The notes beneath the pieces are model-generated. The model was not told where the DNA came from, ran no database searches, and saw only the letters and a list, made by a program, of their open reading frames with translations. The position numbers and the translations under genes are program-made. From positions 109,718-173,717 of the forward strand of contig JACPLC010000001.1 of NCBI GenBank assembly GCA_016186695.1: a DNA stretch of 64,000 nt. Reading direction: 5' to 3'. Shown piece after piece: positions 47,594-57,778 of the stretch. Positions within the stretch are counted from its first letter, which is position 1; each line of letters begins with the position of its first letter. The stretch comes from Candidatus Kaiserbacteria bacterium. GTDB lineage: Bacteria > Patescibacteriota > Minisyncoccia > Phycocordibacterales > UBA2100.

Positions 47594-48880
47594 ATGGACG
47601 CTATACGGGCATTTGGCGAGCAGACTTTTTCGTCGTTGAAGATCCGCAATTATCGTCTCTACTTTATCGGGCAAGGGCTCTCCGACATCGGCACGTGGAT
47701 GCAGGTGGTTGCAATCGGCTGGCTTGTGCTTGAGCTGACCGGCTCCGGAATACAGCTCGGAAGCGTATTGGCATTCCGTTTTGCGCCCATGCTTGCCTTG
47801 GGTGTGCTTGCCGGAAGTGTCGTCGATTCGTTCGACAAGCGGGTCCTTTTGTACATAACGCAATCTATCGGGGCATTCGTCGCGCTCTCTATAGGCGTCC
47901 TTGTTCTTACGGAATCTATCACGCTCCCGATGGTATACCTCGCCGCGCTCGTTCTCGGCCTTGCGGATGTTTTCGATCGTCCAGCGAGGCAGACGTTTGT
48001 GCACGAGGTAGTAGGTCCCGAGAATCTGAGAAATGCCGTTAGCTTAGGCTCTGCGCGCGCGAATCTCGCGCGCGCCCTCGGGCCTATGTTTGCGGGTGCC
48101 CTGATTGCAGGCGCAGGCATGGCACTCTGTTTTTTTGGGAACGCGCTTTCATATGCTGTGTCCCTCGTTGCACTTTTTTTGATGCGCCGGCGCGAATTGC
48201 ATCGCGAATTCGCCGAAGCGCGCAAAGTGAGCCATATTTTTTCGGGTCTTCGCTATGTTGCATCAATGCCGCTCATACGCACTATTCTCATTTCTATGGC
48301 GGTCGTCGGCACCCTCTCGTATGAATTTCAAACTACACTTCCTCTCCTTGCACGTACAACGTTTCTCGGAAATGCCGCCGACTATGCGGCACTCCTTTCT
48401 GCAATGGGAGCGGGTAGCGTTGCCGGAGGTTTGTTCTCTGCGAGCCGCAAGGAAGTTGGCGCGCACGAGTTTGTTTTCTGGGCGTTTCTCTTCGGCGTTT
48501 CGATCTGCGCGACAGCGTTCATGCCCTCTCTCCCGTACGCAGTTCTCGGGATGGTATTTGTGGGATTCTTTTCCATCTGTCTTTCCACTACGGGAAACAC
48601 CATGATCCAACTCGAATCTGCCTCGCACATGCGGGGGCGGGTGATGTCTTTGTGGTCGATGGCACTTTTCGGCTCAACCTTGATCGGCGCGCCCATCGTC
48701 GGGCTTGTCGGCGAGCATATTTCTCCGCGATGGGCGCTCGCGCTTGGCGGAGTAGCGGCGATTGTTGCGGCACTTTTTGCGAGCCGTCGGCTTCTCAAGA
48801 GCTATCAGTTCTTTTCTATTCCATCATTTATATCCATTCGCCGAGAGGAGGAGACAGTTGTAGAGAGTGAGAAAGTATGA
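47594..48880 (+). CDS. MFS transporter (EntS/MFS_3-like)
   Basis: Twelve predicted TM helices. MFS-type loop motifs. 428 aa. Confidence 0.8.
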   Translation: MDAIRAFGEQTFSSLKIRNYRLYFIGQGLSDIGTWMQVVAIGWLVLELTGSGIQLGSVLAFRFAPMLALGVLAGSVVDSFDKRVLLYITQSIGAFVALSIGVLVLTESITLPMVYLAALVLGLADVFDRPARQTFVHEVVGPENLRNAVSLGSARANLARALGPMFAGALIAGAGMALCFFGNALSYAVSLVALFLMRRRELHREFAEARKVSHIFSGLRYVASMPLIRTILISMAVVGTLSYEFQTTLPLLARTTFLGNAADYAALLSAMGAGSVAGGLFSASRKEVGAHEFVFWAFLFGVSICATAFMPSLPYAVLGMVFVGFFSICLSTTGNTMIQLESASHMRGRVMSLWSMALFGSTLIGAPIVGLVGEHISPRWALALGGVAAIVAALFASRRLLKSYQFFSIPSFISIRREEETVVESEKV

Positions 48881-48996
48881 ACGCAGAAGCGGAAGCGTTT
48901 CTCGCCTGCGAAACTCGCTTCGCCCGTCACACGCACCGCGTGTGGTCGGGCTTCGCTCAAACAGTCCTCGGCTTCAAAACGCTTCCACTCCTGCGC
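48881..48996 (+). repeat. Structured intergenic repeat family, copy 4 (long variant, downstream of the MFS gene)
   Basis: Outer stem GCAGAAGCGGAAGCGTTT/AAACGCTTCCACTCCTGCGC. Core GCCTGCGAAACTCGCTTCGC plus an extra internal hairpin CACACGCACCGCGTGTG, then TTCGCTCAAACAGTCCTCGGC. Confidence 0.7.
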
Positions 48997-49051
48997 TTGT
49001 GGGAATAAATAATGAAACCGCCCCTTTTGGGGCGGTTTCTTCGAGAATGCG

Positions 49052-49741
49052 TTAGGGGTTTGTCCGGAATGTCGCGGGCCATGTTAGGCTCAAGTTTCCA
49101 CTTGCGTCGGTTGCCTGCACGACGTAGAAGTACGTGGTGCTTGAAGCAAGTCCGGAGAGCATAACGCTATGCGCGCTTCTGAGAGAGGTGTCTGTCGTTA
49201 CTCCGGTTCCGGTCACGATCGGCGCGAAGCCGAGTCCCGCTGCTTCGGAGAACGTTATCGGCAAAGAAGAGTAGTAGACTTTCGAGGATGCCGGTTCATT
49301 CGTTGAGAAGTTCACGGTCGCTGCATTTGGGGATGTTGCGACCGCTGTCGCAAAGATGAACGGTCCCGAGAAATCTATTCCCGCGCCCACGCTTCCACCC
49401 GCACGAAGATTCAACTGTACGAGCGTCATCGGTCCGACGCGGCCGTAGCCGGTCGAGAGGGGTGTGCCCGAGCAGACGATTTCTTCGGCGCACTGGAAGC
49501 GCTGTACCGCGGCTTGTGTGAGTACTCCGAAGTAACCGGTCACCAACCCTTCAGGGTAGTGACTTGTTTTCGTTGCCAGGAAGGACTGCAGTTCACTGAC
49601 CTGCGCGCCGCGCGAGCCAACGCTCATCTGCTGCGTGAAGACAGTGGTCTGTGCACTCGCTGTGAATGCCCACAACAGGATCAGGGCAAGAAGGACAATT
49701 CCAGCCGTAAGGCCGACTTTTCGAGATAATGCTAATTTCAT
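49052..49741 (-). CDS. Secreted protein with a peptidoglycan-binding domain (PG_binding_1) and a C-terminal Fn3/beta-sandwich-like domain
   Basis: Signal/TM N-terminus. PG-binding-like repeat LQSFLATK...GYFGVLTQAAVQRFQ. Start chosen at MKLALSRK. Confidence 0.6.
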   Translation of the reverse strand: MKLALSRKVGLTAGIVLLALILLWAFTASAQTTVFTQQMSVGSRGAQVSELQSFLATKTSHYPEGLVTGYFGVLTQAAVQRFQCAEEIVCSGTPLSTGYGRVGPMTLVQLNLRAGGSVGAGIDFSGPFIFATAVATSPNAATVNFSTNEPASSKVYYSSLPITFSEAAGLGFAPIVTGTGVTTDTSLRSAHSVMLSGLASSTTYFYVVQATDASGNLSLTWPATFRTNP

Positions 49742-50054
49742 ACGTAATGTGTAGTCTTTAGGTCGTTGATAATGCAAGATCGACCGGCTCTTGTGACGAG
49801 GAGCCAATATGAAGGTTACAGCCGCATCATGAAGTCACCGTGTATATTTGGCTTGTAAACCGGCCCCGTGCCGGTTTCTGGACTCCTCGGCTCAAAGATG
49901 CAAAAGCGAGCTTTTGCACCCACTCGCTCTACGTCGCCAGTAATCGAATTCTTCTAGGGACGTCAGCCTGTATGGTGCTCATGAAAACTTCATATTGTAT
50001 GCTTCACAGTAGTAGCGTGGCCGAGAGGCCGCACTTAGCAGTCAACAATCATAT

Positions 50055-50726
50055 ATGAAAATACTTCTTATAGAGGACGAACAGAAACTGGCCACTGCTC
50101 TGAAGCGGGGCTTAGAACTGCAGGGCTATGCGGTGGATATTGTCGCGGACGGAAAGAAAGCACTCACGAGAATATCGCTCCATCGCACCGACTATGATCT
50201 CGTGATACTTGATCTCATGTTGCCTTCGATGGACGGGCACGAAATATGCAAGCGTATGTGCGAAGAGAACATCACTGTGCCAGTCCTCGTGCTTACCGCT
50301 CGTGCCGAAACCGACAACAAGGTGAAACTGCTTTTGTCGGGCGCTGACGACTACCTTGTGAAGCCGTTTTCGTTTGCGGAACTCTCAGCGCGGCTGCAGG
50401 CGCTCTTACGGCGCCCGAGCGAGAGCGTACCCGAAGTGTTGCACAGCGATGACCTCGAGCTAAATCCCGTCACGAGGCGGGTAACGCGCGCGGGAGAAGA
50501 CATTCCGCTGACTCTCAAAGAGTTCGGACTCCTCGAGTACTTCATGCGCAATCCCGATAAGGTCGTGAGTCGGGAAGACCTGCTTAGTCACCTGTGGGAT
50601 TTCAACTATGTCGGATTCAGCAACGTCGTGGACGTCCACGTTAAAAACCTTCGCAGAAAACTTGGGGGAGGAGATACAGGCCTACTGGAAACGGTTCGGG
50701 GCATCGGCTACCGGCTACGTGCATAA
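50055..50726 (+). CDS. OmpR-family two-component response regulator
   Basis: Receiver (LLIEDE...DLVILDLMLP) plus winged-helix trans_reg_C domain. Confidence 0.88.
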   Translation: MKILLIEDEQKLATALKRGLELQGYAVDIVADGKKALTRISLHRTDYDLVILDLMLPSMDGHEICKRMCEENITVPVLVLTARAETDNKVKLLLSGADDYLVKPFSFAELSARLQALLRRPSESVPEVLHSDDLELNPVTRRVTRAGEDIPLTLKEFGLLEYFMRNPDKVVSREDLLSHLWDFNYVGFSNVVDVHVKNLRRKLGGGDTGLLETVRGIGYRLRA

Positions 50727-51804
50727 GTATCGGTTCGATCCGTTCTTCCGTACAGAAGTAAGTGTCGTCGCACTGCAGATCGTGTTTGCAGTTCTACTTC
50801 TCCTCATAGTCGGTCTTGCGGCAACCTCGCTCTACCATGATGCTTCTGCCGCACTTTCGCGCGGTATAGAGCAGGTACTAACGTCGCCATCCAACCCCGA
50901 GGCAGTGGGCCACTCTGTCGCGGAGGAACTCTCGACGATGCGGATGAGGACCGTTACGTGGGCGGCGATTGCCGTCGTGGCCGTAACTGTCTTTCTAAGC
51001 TATCTCATTGCACGTGTCGCGCTTAGCCCTACACGAAACGCGCTTGAATCCCAAAAACAATTCATTGGGAACGTCGCGCATGAGCTTCGCACGCCGCTTT
51101 CGGTCATCAAGACCAACACCGAAGTCGCCCTCATGTCGGGAGGGATTGAGCGAGAACTTCGTTCGACCTTGGAGAGCACGGTCGGAGAACTCGATCGCAT
51201 ATCTGAGATTATCAACAATCTACTCTCGCTCTCCGCTTCTGTACGGCCTGAGCGCATGGAATTTAAAGATCTTGATTTCGGTCCCATCGTGCATGGCGTC
51301 ATCGGGAAGTTGAAAGAGCTCGCTGATTCAAAGCGTGTCGAGATAACGGCACGAATGAGTCAGCGCAGGTTCGTACTCGGCAACCCCGCAGCCCTTGAGC
51401 AGATTACGATGAATATACTCAAGAACGCTATCACGTACTCACCTCGTGGCGGGCGGGTCATCGTCACGGTAGAACCGATACACCCGGATTATATAGAGTT
51501 TACCGTGCAGGATTTTGGCATCGGCATCGCGCAGAAGAACCTGTTCCGGATCTTTGAGCCATATTATCGAGTAGATCCTTCGCGCTATCGCGGCGAGTCG
51601 GGTTCGGGTCTAGGATTAACGATTGTCTCCGAACTCGTCAAGCTCCATAACGGCAAGATCACTGTGCGAAGTGCCGAGCAGCGTGGCACCATTGTGACCG
51701 TTCATCTTCCCGCCGGTCGGCCGAGTCTCACATCGGAGCGAGCTGCAGCTCACGATGAGCACGCGGGCGAAGTAACCGTCGATTTTTCGCATCGCGCGGG
51801 CTGA
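50719..51804 (+). CDS. Sensor histidine kinase (two TM helices, HisKA, HATPase_c); start uncertain (GTG at 50719 or further upstream)
   Basis: H-box NVAHELRTPL. N, G1 and G2 boxes (GSGLGL). Overlaps the response-regulator stop. Confidence 0.8.
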   Translation: MHKYRFDPFFRTEVSVVALQIVFAVLLLLIVGLAATSLYHDASAALSRGIEQVLTSPSNPEAVGHSVAEELSTMRMRTVTWAAIAVVAVTVFLSYLIARVALSPTRNALESQKQFIGNVAHELRTPLSVIKTNTEVALMSGGIERELRSTLESTVGELDRISEIINNLLSLSASVRPERMEFKDLDFGPIVHGVIGKLKELADSKRVEITARMSQRRFVLGNPAALEQITMNILKNAITYSPRGGRVIVTVEPIHPDYIEFTVQDFGIGIAQKNLFRIFEPYYRVDPSRYRGESGSGLGLTIVSELVKLHNGKITVRSAEQRGTIVTVHLPAGRPSLTSERAAAHDEHAGEVTVDFSHRAG

Positions 51805-51810
51805 TGTGGT

Positions 51811-51917
51811 GAAGCGCAGCAGTTTTGCGGCCTGCGGAACTCGCTTCGCCCGTCACACGCACCGCGTGTGGTCGGGCTTCGCTCAGACAGTCCTCGGCAG
51901 CAAAACTGCTGCGCTTC
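51811..51917 (+). repeat. Structured intergenic repeat family, copy 5 (long variant, downstream of the histidine kinase)
   Basis: Outer stem GCGCAGCAGTTTTGC/GCAAAACTGCTGCGC is complementary but differs in sequence from the copy-4 stem. Core is near-identical to copy 4, including the CACACGCACCGCGTGTG hairpin. Confidence 0.7.
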
Positions 51918-52340
51918 AGCTGCGGCGACGCGAACGAGTCCGCGACGCCTTCATTTCTGATTCATGGCTACTCGGTACCATGATACGCGGAACCTTTGCT
52001 CCTTCTCTTTTCGAGGCGCCGCCCCGAGTGTGGGGCGGTGGCTCTCGGGAAGGTTATCAATATCCATACCCCACCATGTCACAGAGAATGGGGAAACTGT
52101 CCTTCATTCTGACGCGGAAGATAATCGCGTCAGCCGGGGAGGCGAGAGCTCTAAGGAGCCTCGCCTCCCCGGCGTATGAGGGGAAAACCGTTGGTTTCGA
52201 GCTCCTCGGCTCGGAAATGCGCAAGTAGCTTACGCATTTCTCTCACTTTACGTCGCTCGTAAGAAACAAGCATACATTTCGTCTTAATGAAGCGGAGGGA
52301 TTTTATCCCTCCTTTAACTTAGTAATCTATCTATTGAAGT

Positions 52341-53033
52341 ATGAAAAAGCATCAAATTACGGCGCTTCTTCTCGGCGCAGTGCTGGTTCCAATGACTTTC
52401 GCGTTGGCATTGAACCTTGAAGCAGATGTCGACAGTTCTGTGAACGTAGATGTCGGGCTCGGTGCGACAAGCTCGAATACCGGAGCATCGGGAGACGCTA
52501 ACGCAGAGGCCGCAGCCTCGAGCGAAGTAGTCCTCGGTGTTCCCGGGAATGTTGAGGTCATCGTTGTCACGAGGGCGGATGTTGAGGGAAGCGGCGCGAT
52601 AAGCGCAAGCGCATCTCCCGCATCGGTTAGCTCTGAAACTGACCTCTCGGGATTCGTTGCGGCACAGATTGCCTCGGACGAAAATCTCTCAAAGGTTGAG
52701 TCTTCCAAAAGCCGTGTCTCGGTAACCTACCCCCAGAAGGCCAGACTCTTCGGCCTTATTCCGATTACGGTGGACGCGACGGCGACAATTCTTGCGGACG
52801 GTACCGTGGACGTGAAGTACCCGTGGTACGCTTTCCTCATGGTTACGAACGAAACGGTGCTCGAAAGCGAGATTGAGAGCCGGGTAACGTCTCTCAATCC
52901 AGCGGGTGTCCGTGCTGTGGCAGACGCAGAGCTTGAACTCACGGCAAACGCGCAGGCGGAGTTGATCGATGAAGTACGCGCCGTGATGGAGAGTCAGCTT
53001 GCTATCGATGCGAGTGGCACAGTTGAACTCTAA
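52341..53033 (+). CDS. Hypothetical secreted protein (signal peptide, Ala/Ser/Val-rich)
   Basis: N-terminal signal peptide. Low-complexity composition. No motif. Confidence 0.5.
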   Translation: MKKHQITALLLGAVLVPMTFALALNLEADVDSSVNVDVGLGATSSNTGASGDANAEAAASSEVVLGVPGNVEVIVVTRADVEGSGAISASASPASVSSETDLSGFVAAQIASDENLSKVESSKSRVSVTYPQKARLFGLIPITVDATATILADGTVDVKYPWYAFLMVTNETVLESEIESRVTSLNPAGVRAVADAELELTANAQAELIDEVRAVMESQLAIDASGTVEL

Positions 53034-53140
53034 GACTGTGAAAATCAAAACAACCAGAGACCAAAAGGCCCCTGCATCGGGGTCTTTTGGTATAGTAGCG
53101 GAACAGCCTACGTAAGAAATGAAGGGCGTCAGCGTCTTCT

Positions 53141-53662
53141 ATGAAGGACATCGAGAAAATATTTCAGCAGGCGTTTGAAAAGCATGCGGACGAACTCTTC
53201 CGACACGCCTCTTTGAGGCTCTCGGATCGCGATCGCGCGCTCGAACTCACGCAGGAATGTTTTCTACGCACTTTGGCTTATGCCTCGCGCGGCGAGGAGA
53301 TCCGCGAGATACGCCCGTTCCTCTTCAGAACATTGAGGCATCTCATCATCGATGAGTATCGCAGGGCAAAATCATTCTCGCTCGACGAGATGACAGAAGG
53401 CGAGGATGGGGAGCAGATGGACTCGCTTCTCAAGGATGAAACCGACGAGCTCGAGCAGGCGTTTGCGCGCTTCGACGGAGCACGTGCGCTCGGTATGATC
53501 AGGCGGCTGCCGGATCTGTACCGCGAAGTCTTGATGATGCGCTACGTTGATGACCTCTCGATATCTGAAATTGCCGCGTGCATCGAGGAGAGCGAAAATG
53601 TGGTCTCGGTGCGGCTGCATCGCGGTTTAAAGAAGTTGCGCGCCTTGCTTGAATCTGAATAA
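53141..53662 (+). CDS. ECF-subfamily RNA polymerase sigma-70 factor
   Basis: Sigma70 region 2 (FLRTLAY...LIIDEYRR) and region 4 (LSISEIAACIEESENVVSVRLHRGLKKLR). Confidence 0.85.
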   Translation: MKDIEKIFQQAFEKHADELFRHASLRLSDRDRALELTQECFLRTLAYASRGEEIREIRPFLFRTLRHLIIDEYRRAKSFSLDEMTEGEDGEQMDSLLKDETDELEQAFARFDGARALGMIRRLPDLYREVLMMRYVDDLSISEIAACIEESENVVSVRLHRGLKKLRALLESE

Positions 53663-53669
53663 TCAAAGT

Positions 53670-54794
53670 ATGAATAAATTTTTCTCACAATTGAAAAAAG
53701 AAGCGAATGAGATCCGGCTCTCACCGAGGGAGCGGGAGGTAATGCGTCGTGCGCTTTTAAAAGCGATTGGCAAGCCGAAACTCGTGAAAAGTCCGTTCCG
53801 CGTGACACAAAGTCCGTATCTTTTTATATCATCGAAGCTTGTCACGCCACTTGCGTTTGTTTTGGTTATTGCCGTCATTGGCGGCGGAACAGCCTACGCG
53901 GCTGAAGCAGCCGTGCCGGGCGACGCGCTCTATACAATCAAGGTGAATGTAAATGAGAAAGTAGCCGAGGCGTTTGCGGCGGGGGCGGAGGCGAGAGCGT
54001 CAGTGCATGCAAATCTCGCCGAGCGGCGCATGAAAGAAGCAGAAGTTTTGGTGGAGCGCGGAGCGCTTACGAGAGATGCGAAAGAAGAGATCGAGACGCG
54101 CTTAGATAGCCATGCAACCGAGCTCGATATCGCTATAGAGGTTGTCGGGAGAGACGATCCTGTCGCGGCAGCAGAGCTGTCGACCCGTCTTGGATCAGCG
54201 CTTGCCGCGCACAGCGCGCTCATCGAGCGGCTGGGGGAGGAGGCCGACGATGAGGGAAGCAGAGAGGAGTCGCGGCGTTTCGCTTCGGCGCTTCGGGAGC
54301 GCGGATCGAGGCTCGCTCGCGCGGAAGACGGAGTCGCCGTTATGGCGATGCGCACTGACGGCGATATCGCAGTGCAGACATTTGCCAAAAGCGGAGAGAG
54401 TTCGGTCTCTGCATCGGTGACGATGCGCGGCGAAGCTGGGAATTCCGTCGCGATACAGCTACGAAGAAATGCATCGAGCACGCTGGAAGAAGCGGAGATA
54501 AAACTGAATGCACTCAAGAATGTGAATGCTACCACTGCGGCACGGGTAAAAGCGCAGATCGGAAAGACACGCGATTCTTTAAAGAAGCTCCACAAGGACG
54601 ACAAAGAGGGATTTGAGAAAGCGCTCAAGGATGCGAAGACCCTGCAGGTATTTATCGAAGCGCAGGAGAAATTCCAAATGCGCGCGATTCTTCCGGCACC
54701 GGACATAGAAGAGAATGACGAAGAGGACAACTCCGGACATGGCTCCGACGATGATCGTGAAGATACATCGTTAACCGCTCCGCTTCCATTTTAA
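53670..54794 (+). CDS. Putative membrane-anchored anti-sigma factor (DUF5667-like), cotranscribed with the ECF sigma
   Basis: Single TM helix at about residues 55 to 78. Helical, charged periplasmic region. Genomic context. Confidence 0.55.
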   Translation: MNKFFSQLKKEANEIRLSPREREVMRRALLKAIGKPKLVKSPFRVTQSPYLFISSKLVTPLAFVLVIAVIGGGTAYAAEAAVPGDALYTIKVNVNEKVAEAFAAGAEARASVHANLAERRMKEAEVLVERGALTRDAKEEIETRLDSHATELDIAIEVVGRDDPVAAAELSTRLGSALAAHSALIERLGEEADDEGSREESRRFASALRERGSRLARAEDGVAVMAMRTDGDIAVQTFAKSGESSVSASVTMRGEAGNSVAIQLRRNASSTLEEAEIKLNALKNVNATTAARVKAQIGKTRDSLKKLHKDDKEGFEKALKDAKTLQVFIEAQEKFQMRAILPAPDIEENDEEDNSGHGSDDDREDTSLTAPLPF

Positions 54795-54848
54795 TGTGCA
54801 TGACTAAATCGTTTTGACTCTCGCGCACTCTCGCGCGAGAATTGCGCG

Positions 54849-55736
54849 ATGCACGGACTAACGGAGCAGCAGAAAGGCGAATGGTACACATTCGGGGGCG
54901 CACTTTTCTGGGCAGTCTTTCCCGTCATGGTCGTGCTTTCATACGCGACACTTCAAAGCCTCGTCTCACTCCTCTGGAGTACTGGACTCGCCGCACTCTT
55001 TTTTGCCGCAGTGATGACGTATCGGAAGCGATGGGGAGAGATCCAAAATCCTCGTTTGTGGAAAAATGTTCTTATGGTCACGCTGTTTATCGGCGTGCTG
55101 TTTTATAGCCTCTACTACATCGGGCTCGAAACGACGAGCCCTGGGAACGTTGCCATCATCACGCTCTTTGAGGTTTTCACGTCTTTCGTGTTTTTCCGGC
55201 TATTCAGGGGAGAACGGCTTTCGTTCGACTACGCCTTGGGCGCGATCTTTATGGTCATCGGCGCTGCTATCGTGCTTGCGCCGAATTTTGCCGGCGTTCG
55301 CGTCGGTGATTTCATCGTGCTTGCGGCAACATTTTTTGCGCCGGCGGGTAATTACTTCCAACAGCGGGCGCGCGAGATCGCTTCTGCCGAGAGTATCATG
55401 TTTTTGCGCAGTACTCTTTCGCTGTTTCCGATTTTTGCCCTCGTGTATTTTTTCGGACAAAAATCTTCCTCCGCAGACATCGTTTCGGCTTCACTTTTTC
55501 TTATCGTGAACGGGATTCTCCTGCTCGGTCTCTCCAAACTTTTCTGGATTGAGGCAATTCATCGCATATCCGTCACGAAAGCGACGGCGCTTTCGAGTAT
55601 TGCACCTTTCTTTACGCTCCTTGTTGCATGGGTTGCTCTCTCCCAAGAGCCCACGCTCCCACAGCTCCTTTCACTCATCCCATTTGTGCTCGGGACGCTG
55701 CTTCTGACGGACCAAATTCGGCTGATGAGAGCATAA
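54849..55736 (+). CDS. DMT-superfamily (EamA-like) transporter
   Basis: Ten TM helices arranged as two EamA repeats. Confidence 0.75.
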   Translation: MHGLTEQQKGEWYTFGGALFWAVFPVMVVLSYATLQSLVSLLWSTGLAALFFAAVMTYRKRWGEIQNPRLWKNVLMVTLFIGVLFYSLYYIGLETTSPGNVAIITLFEVFTSFVFFRLFRGERLSFDYALGAIFMVIGAAIVLAPNFAGVRVGDFIVLAATFFAPAGNYFQQRAREIASAESIMFLRSTLSLFPIFALVYFFGQKSSSADIVSASLFLIVNGILLLGLSKLFWIEAIHRISVTKATALSSIAPFFTLLVAWVALSQEPTLPQLLSLIPFVLGTLLLTDQIRLMRA

Positions 55737-55849
55737 ATGCGCGACCAATACCATTTTGCGTTCGGAGTTGACAAGATAACGCGCTAGAGGCATAGTTGCG
55801 GCATTAGAAGGGGGAGGGGGATAATTATCTATATTTTAAGCCATATATT

Positions 55850-57592
55850 ATGAAAACCGTTGCTCTAAGTGCTGCTCTTGGCGTTCTACTTCTCGCAAGC
55901 GTAGCTTCGGCACAGGTGTACTACCCACAGACATACACTCCTCCTACCTATACAACCTCCGTTTCGGGTTCCGCGTGCGTCATGCTCTCCTCTGACCTTT
56001 CATTCGGTTCCCGCGGCACCGAAGTGACGAAGCTCCAGCAATTTCTCGTGACCCAGAACTATCCCGGTGGCGGCAACTGGATGGTTACCGGCTATTTCGG
56101 ACAGGCTACCGCGCAGGCAGTACGCAATTTCCAGCAGTCGGCAGGAATCCCGATGACAGGCTACGTTGATGCGGCGACACGCTCTGCGATCCAGAGCCGC
56201 ACGTGCGCAGGATTCGCGGGCGTTGTTCCCGTCCCTCCGGTTGTTTCTCCGACGTATACGCTCCCGACGCCGACGTACACGACTCCTCCGTATACTCCAA
56301 CATACACAACTCCTCCGTATACCTCGCCGAATTATCCGTATCCGTCACTCTATCCGTACGGCGGCGTATCGATAACCTCGCTCTCGACGCAGAGCGCGCA
56401 GATCGGAACCTCGGTAACCATGTATGGAAGTGGTTTCGACGTCACGGGCACAAACACGGTGCACGTGGGCAACGCTACCGTCGTCGCGGCGAGCAACGGC
56501 TCGTCTATCACCTTTGCTGTCCCATCGACTCCGGCGGGCACCTACAGCGTGTATATAACGAACTCGCGTGGCACCTCAAACTCGATCTCGTTTTCTGTCA
56601 CGCAAGTGCAATCGGTCTGCAACCAGACGCCGTGGTACCAGCCGTGGAACTGGTTCGGCCAGCAATACCAGTGCGGCATCTACAGCAGTGTTCTGCTCAA
56701 TTCTGTTACCCCGAACTGGGCAGCAGTGGGAACTACTATCACGGTAAAGGGTAACGGATTTTCTGCGACAGGGAACACGGTATACATGGGTGGAAGTGTT
56801 GTCGCAACCGTTTCTTCGACGAACAACGGGACAGAGCTCACCTTTGCTGTGCCGACGCAGCTGCAGGGTCCGTATGGTTTGCAACAGATAGTGCCGGGCC
56901 ACTATCCGGTGCGTGTCGTGAATGCAACGGGCGCGCAAAGCAACTCGCTCACGCTCTCCATCACACAGCAAGGATCGAGTTCACTTTCGATCTCGAGTAC
57001 TTCGGGACCGAGCTCACTTCAAGCTGGTGCGCAGGGAATATGGACACTTGTGGTGAACGTACCCTATGGCTCGTACCTTACGACGACCGTGAACTGGGGT
57101 GATAGCAGCACTCCTTTCACCTCGAGCGCAGCGCCGACCTTCCTCTCCGGCATACAGACGCTCACCTTCACTCACGTGTATCCGAATGTCGGCACGTATA
57201 CGATCACCTTCACGGTGACGAGTGGCAACAACACGACTTCGGCAACGAAGACGGTGACAGTCACTTCGGCTCCGAGTGGCGGCTCCCTGAACCTCAACTT
57301 CTTGAGCCCAATACAGGGCGCTGTCGGGACGACGGTCACGCTGAATGGTTCGGGCTTCACTTCGACGGAGAATGTCGTGCACTTCGGCATCGGCGGCTCG
57401 CGCAACGTCTCTTCGACGAATAGTGGCACGCAGATCGCGTATGTTGTCCCGACAAATATCTCGGCATGTGATCTCATCGCACCCGGTTTCTACTGCGGTG
57501 CCCCGGTTCAGACCGTGACGCCGGGCGTCTATCCTCTGTACGTGACGAACTCAACAGGGGCGACGAACGTTCTCTATTTCACGGTACAATAA
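55850..57592 (+). CDS. Cell-surface protein with signal peptide, PG-binding domain, Pro/Thr/Tyr-rich linker and three IPT/TIG-like beta-sandwich repeats
   Basis: PG_binding_1-like LQQFLV...GYFGQATAQAVRNFQ. Linker PTYTTPPYTPTYTTPPYTSPNYPYP. Three repeats of the form ITS/VTP...GT.VT..GSGF....NTV..G...V...S...T.L.F.VP. Confidence 0.7.
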   Translation: MKTVALSAALGVLLLASVASAQVYYPQTYTPPTYTTSVSGSACVMLSSDLSFGSRGTEVTKLQQFLVTQNYPGGGNWMVTGYFGQATAQAVRNFQQSAGIPMTGYVDAATRSAIQSRTCAGFAGVVPVPPVVSPTYTLPTPTYTTPPYTPTYTTPPYTSPNYPYPSLYPYGGVSITSLSTQSAQIGTSVTMYGSGFDVTGTNTVHVGNATVVAASNGSSITFAVPSTPAGTYSVYITNSRGTSNSISFSVTQVQSVCNQTPWYQPWNWFGQQYQCGIYSSVLLNSVTPNWAAVGTTITVKGNGFSATGNTVYMGGSVVATVSSTNNGTELTFAVPTQLQGPYGLQQIVPGHYPVRVVNATGAQSNSLTLSITQQGSSSLSISSTSGPSSLQAGAQGIWTLVVNVPYGSYLTTTVNWGDSSTPFTSSAAPTFLSGIQTLTFTHVYPNVGTYTITFTVTSGNNTTSATKTVTVTSAPSGGSLNLNFLSPIQGAVGTTVTLNGSGFTSTENVVHFGIGGSRNVSSTNSGTQIAYVVPTNISACDLIAPGFYCGAPVQTVTPGVYPLYVTNSTGATNVLYFTVQ

Positions 57593-57594
57593 GA

Positions 57595-57681
57595 GAGGCG
57601 CTCGGGCGGAAGCGTTTTCCGCCTGCGGGACTCGCTTCGCTCGAACAGGTCCTCGGCGAAAAACGCTTCCGCCCTCGCTTC
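57595..57681 (+). repeat. Structured intergenic repeat family, copy 6 (downstream of the surface-protein gene)
   Basis: GAGGCGCTCGGGCGGAAGCGTTTTCCGCCTGCGGGACTCGCTTCGCTCGAACAGGTCCTCGGCGAAAAACGCTTCCGCCCTCGCTTC. The arms are complementary. Confidence 0.7.
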
Positions 57682-57687
57682 AGAACA

Positions 57688-57716
57688 GCCCCGCCAAAAG
57701 GCGGGGCCGTTTCGTT
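57688..57716 (+). terminator. Rho-independent terminator (GCCCCGCC-aaaa-GGCGGGGC followed by a T-rich tail)
   Basis: 8-bp GC stem, tetraloop and CGTTTCGTT tail, seen directly in sequence. Confidence 0.6.
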
Positions 57717-57744
57717 ATGCACACATTGTGCACCAAAGCACGTC

Positions 57745-57772
57745 TTGACTAGATACCCCCTAGGGGTATCAT
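57745..57772 (+). promoter_or_regulatory. Promoter with CsoR-type operator: TTGACT, then the 19-bp perfect palindrome GATACCCCCTAGGGGTATC, then TATCAT -10; the csoR ATG follows 6 nt later
   Basis: Palindrome at 57752..57770 overlaps the -35/-10 spacer and the -10 element. GC-rich pseudo-palindromes of the form TACCC...GGGTA are the known CsoR operator type. Confidence 0.65.
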
Positions 57773-57778
57773 GGCTAC

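Noticed and set aside
46937-48004. 355-aa minus-strand ORF overlapping the ABC permease, ATPase pseudogene and MFS gene
   Set aside because: Opposite strand to three genes with clear family signatures. Arg-rich composition typical of spurious GC-rich antisense ORFs.
51806-52228. 140-aa plus-strand ORF after the histidine kinase
   Set aside because: Its 5' part is the translated intergenic repeat (copy 5) and the rest is Arg/Gly-rich. There is no start context. It is most likely non-coding.
55850-57592. Internal DNA repeats in the surface-protein gene as a mobile or tandem-repeat element
   Set aside because: The repeats correspond to three diverged IPT/TIG-like protein domains with a continuous ORF. 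This is ordinary domain repetition, not a separate element.
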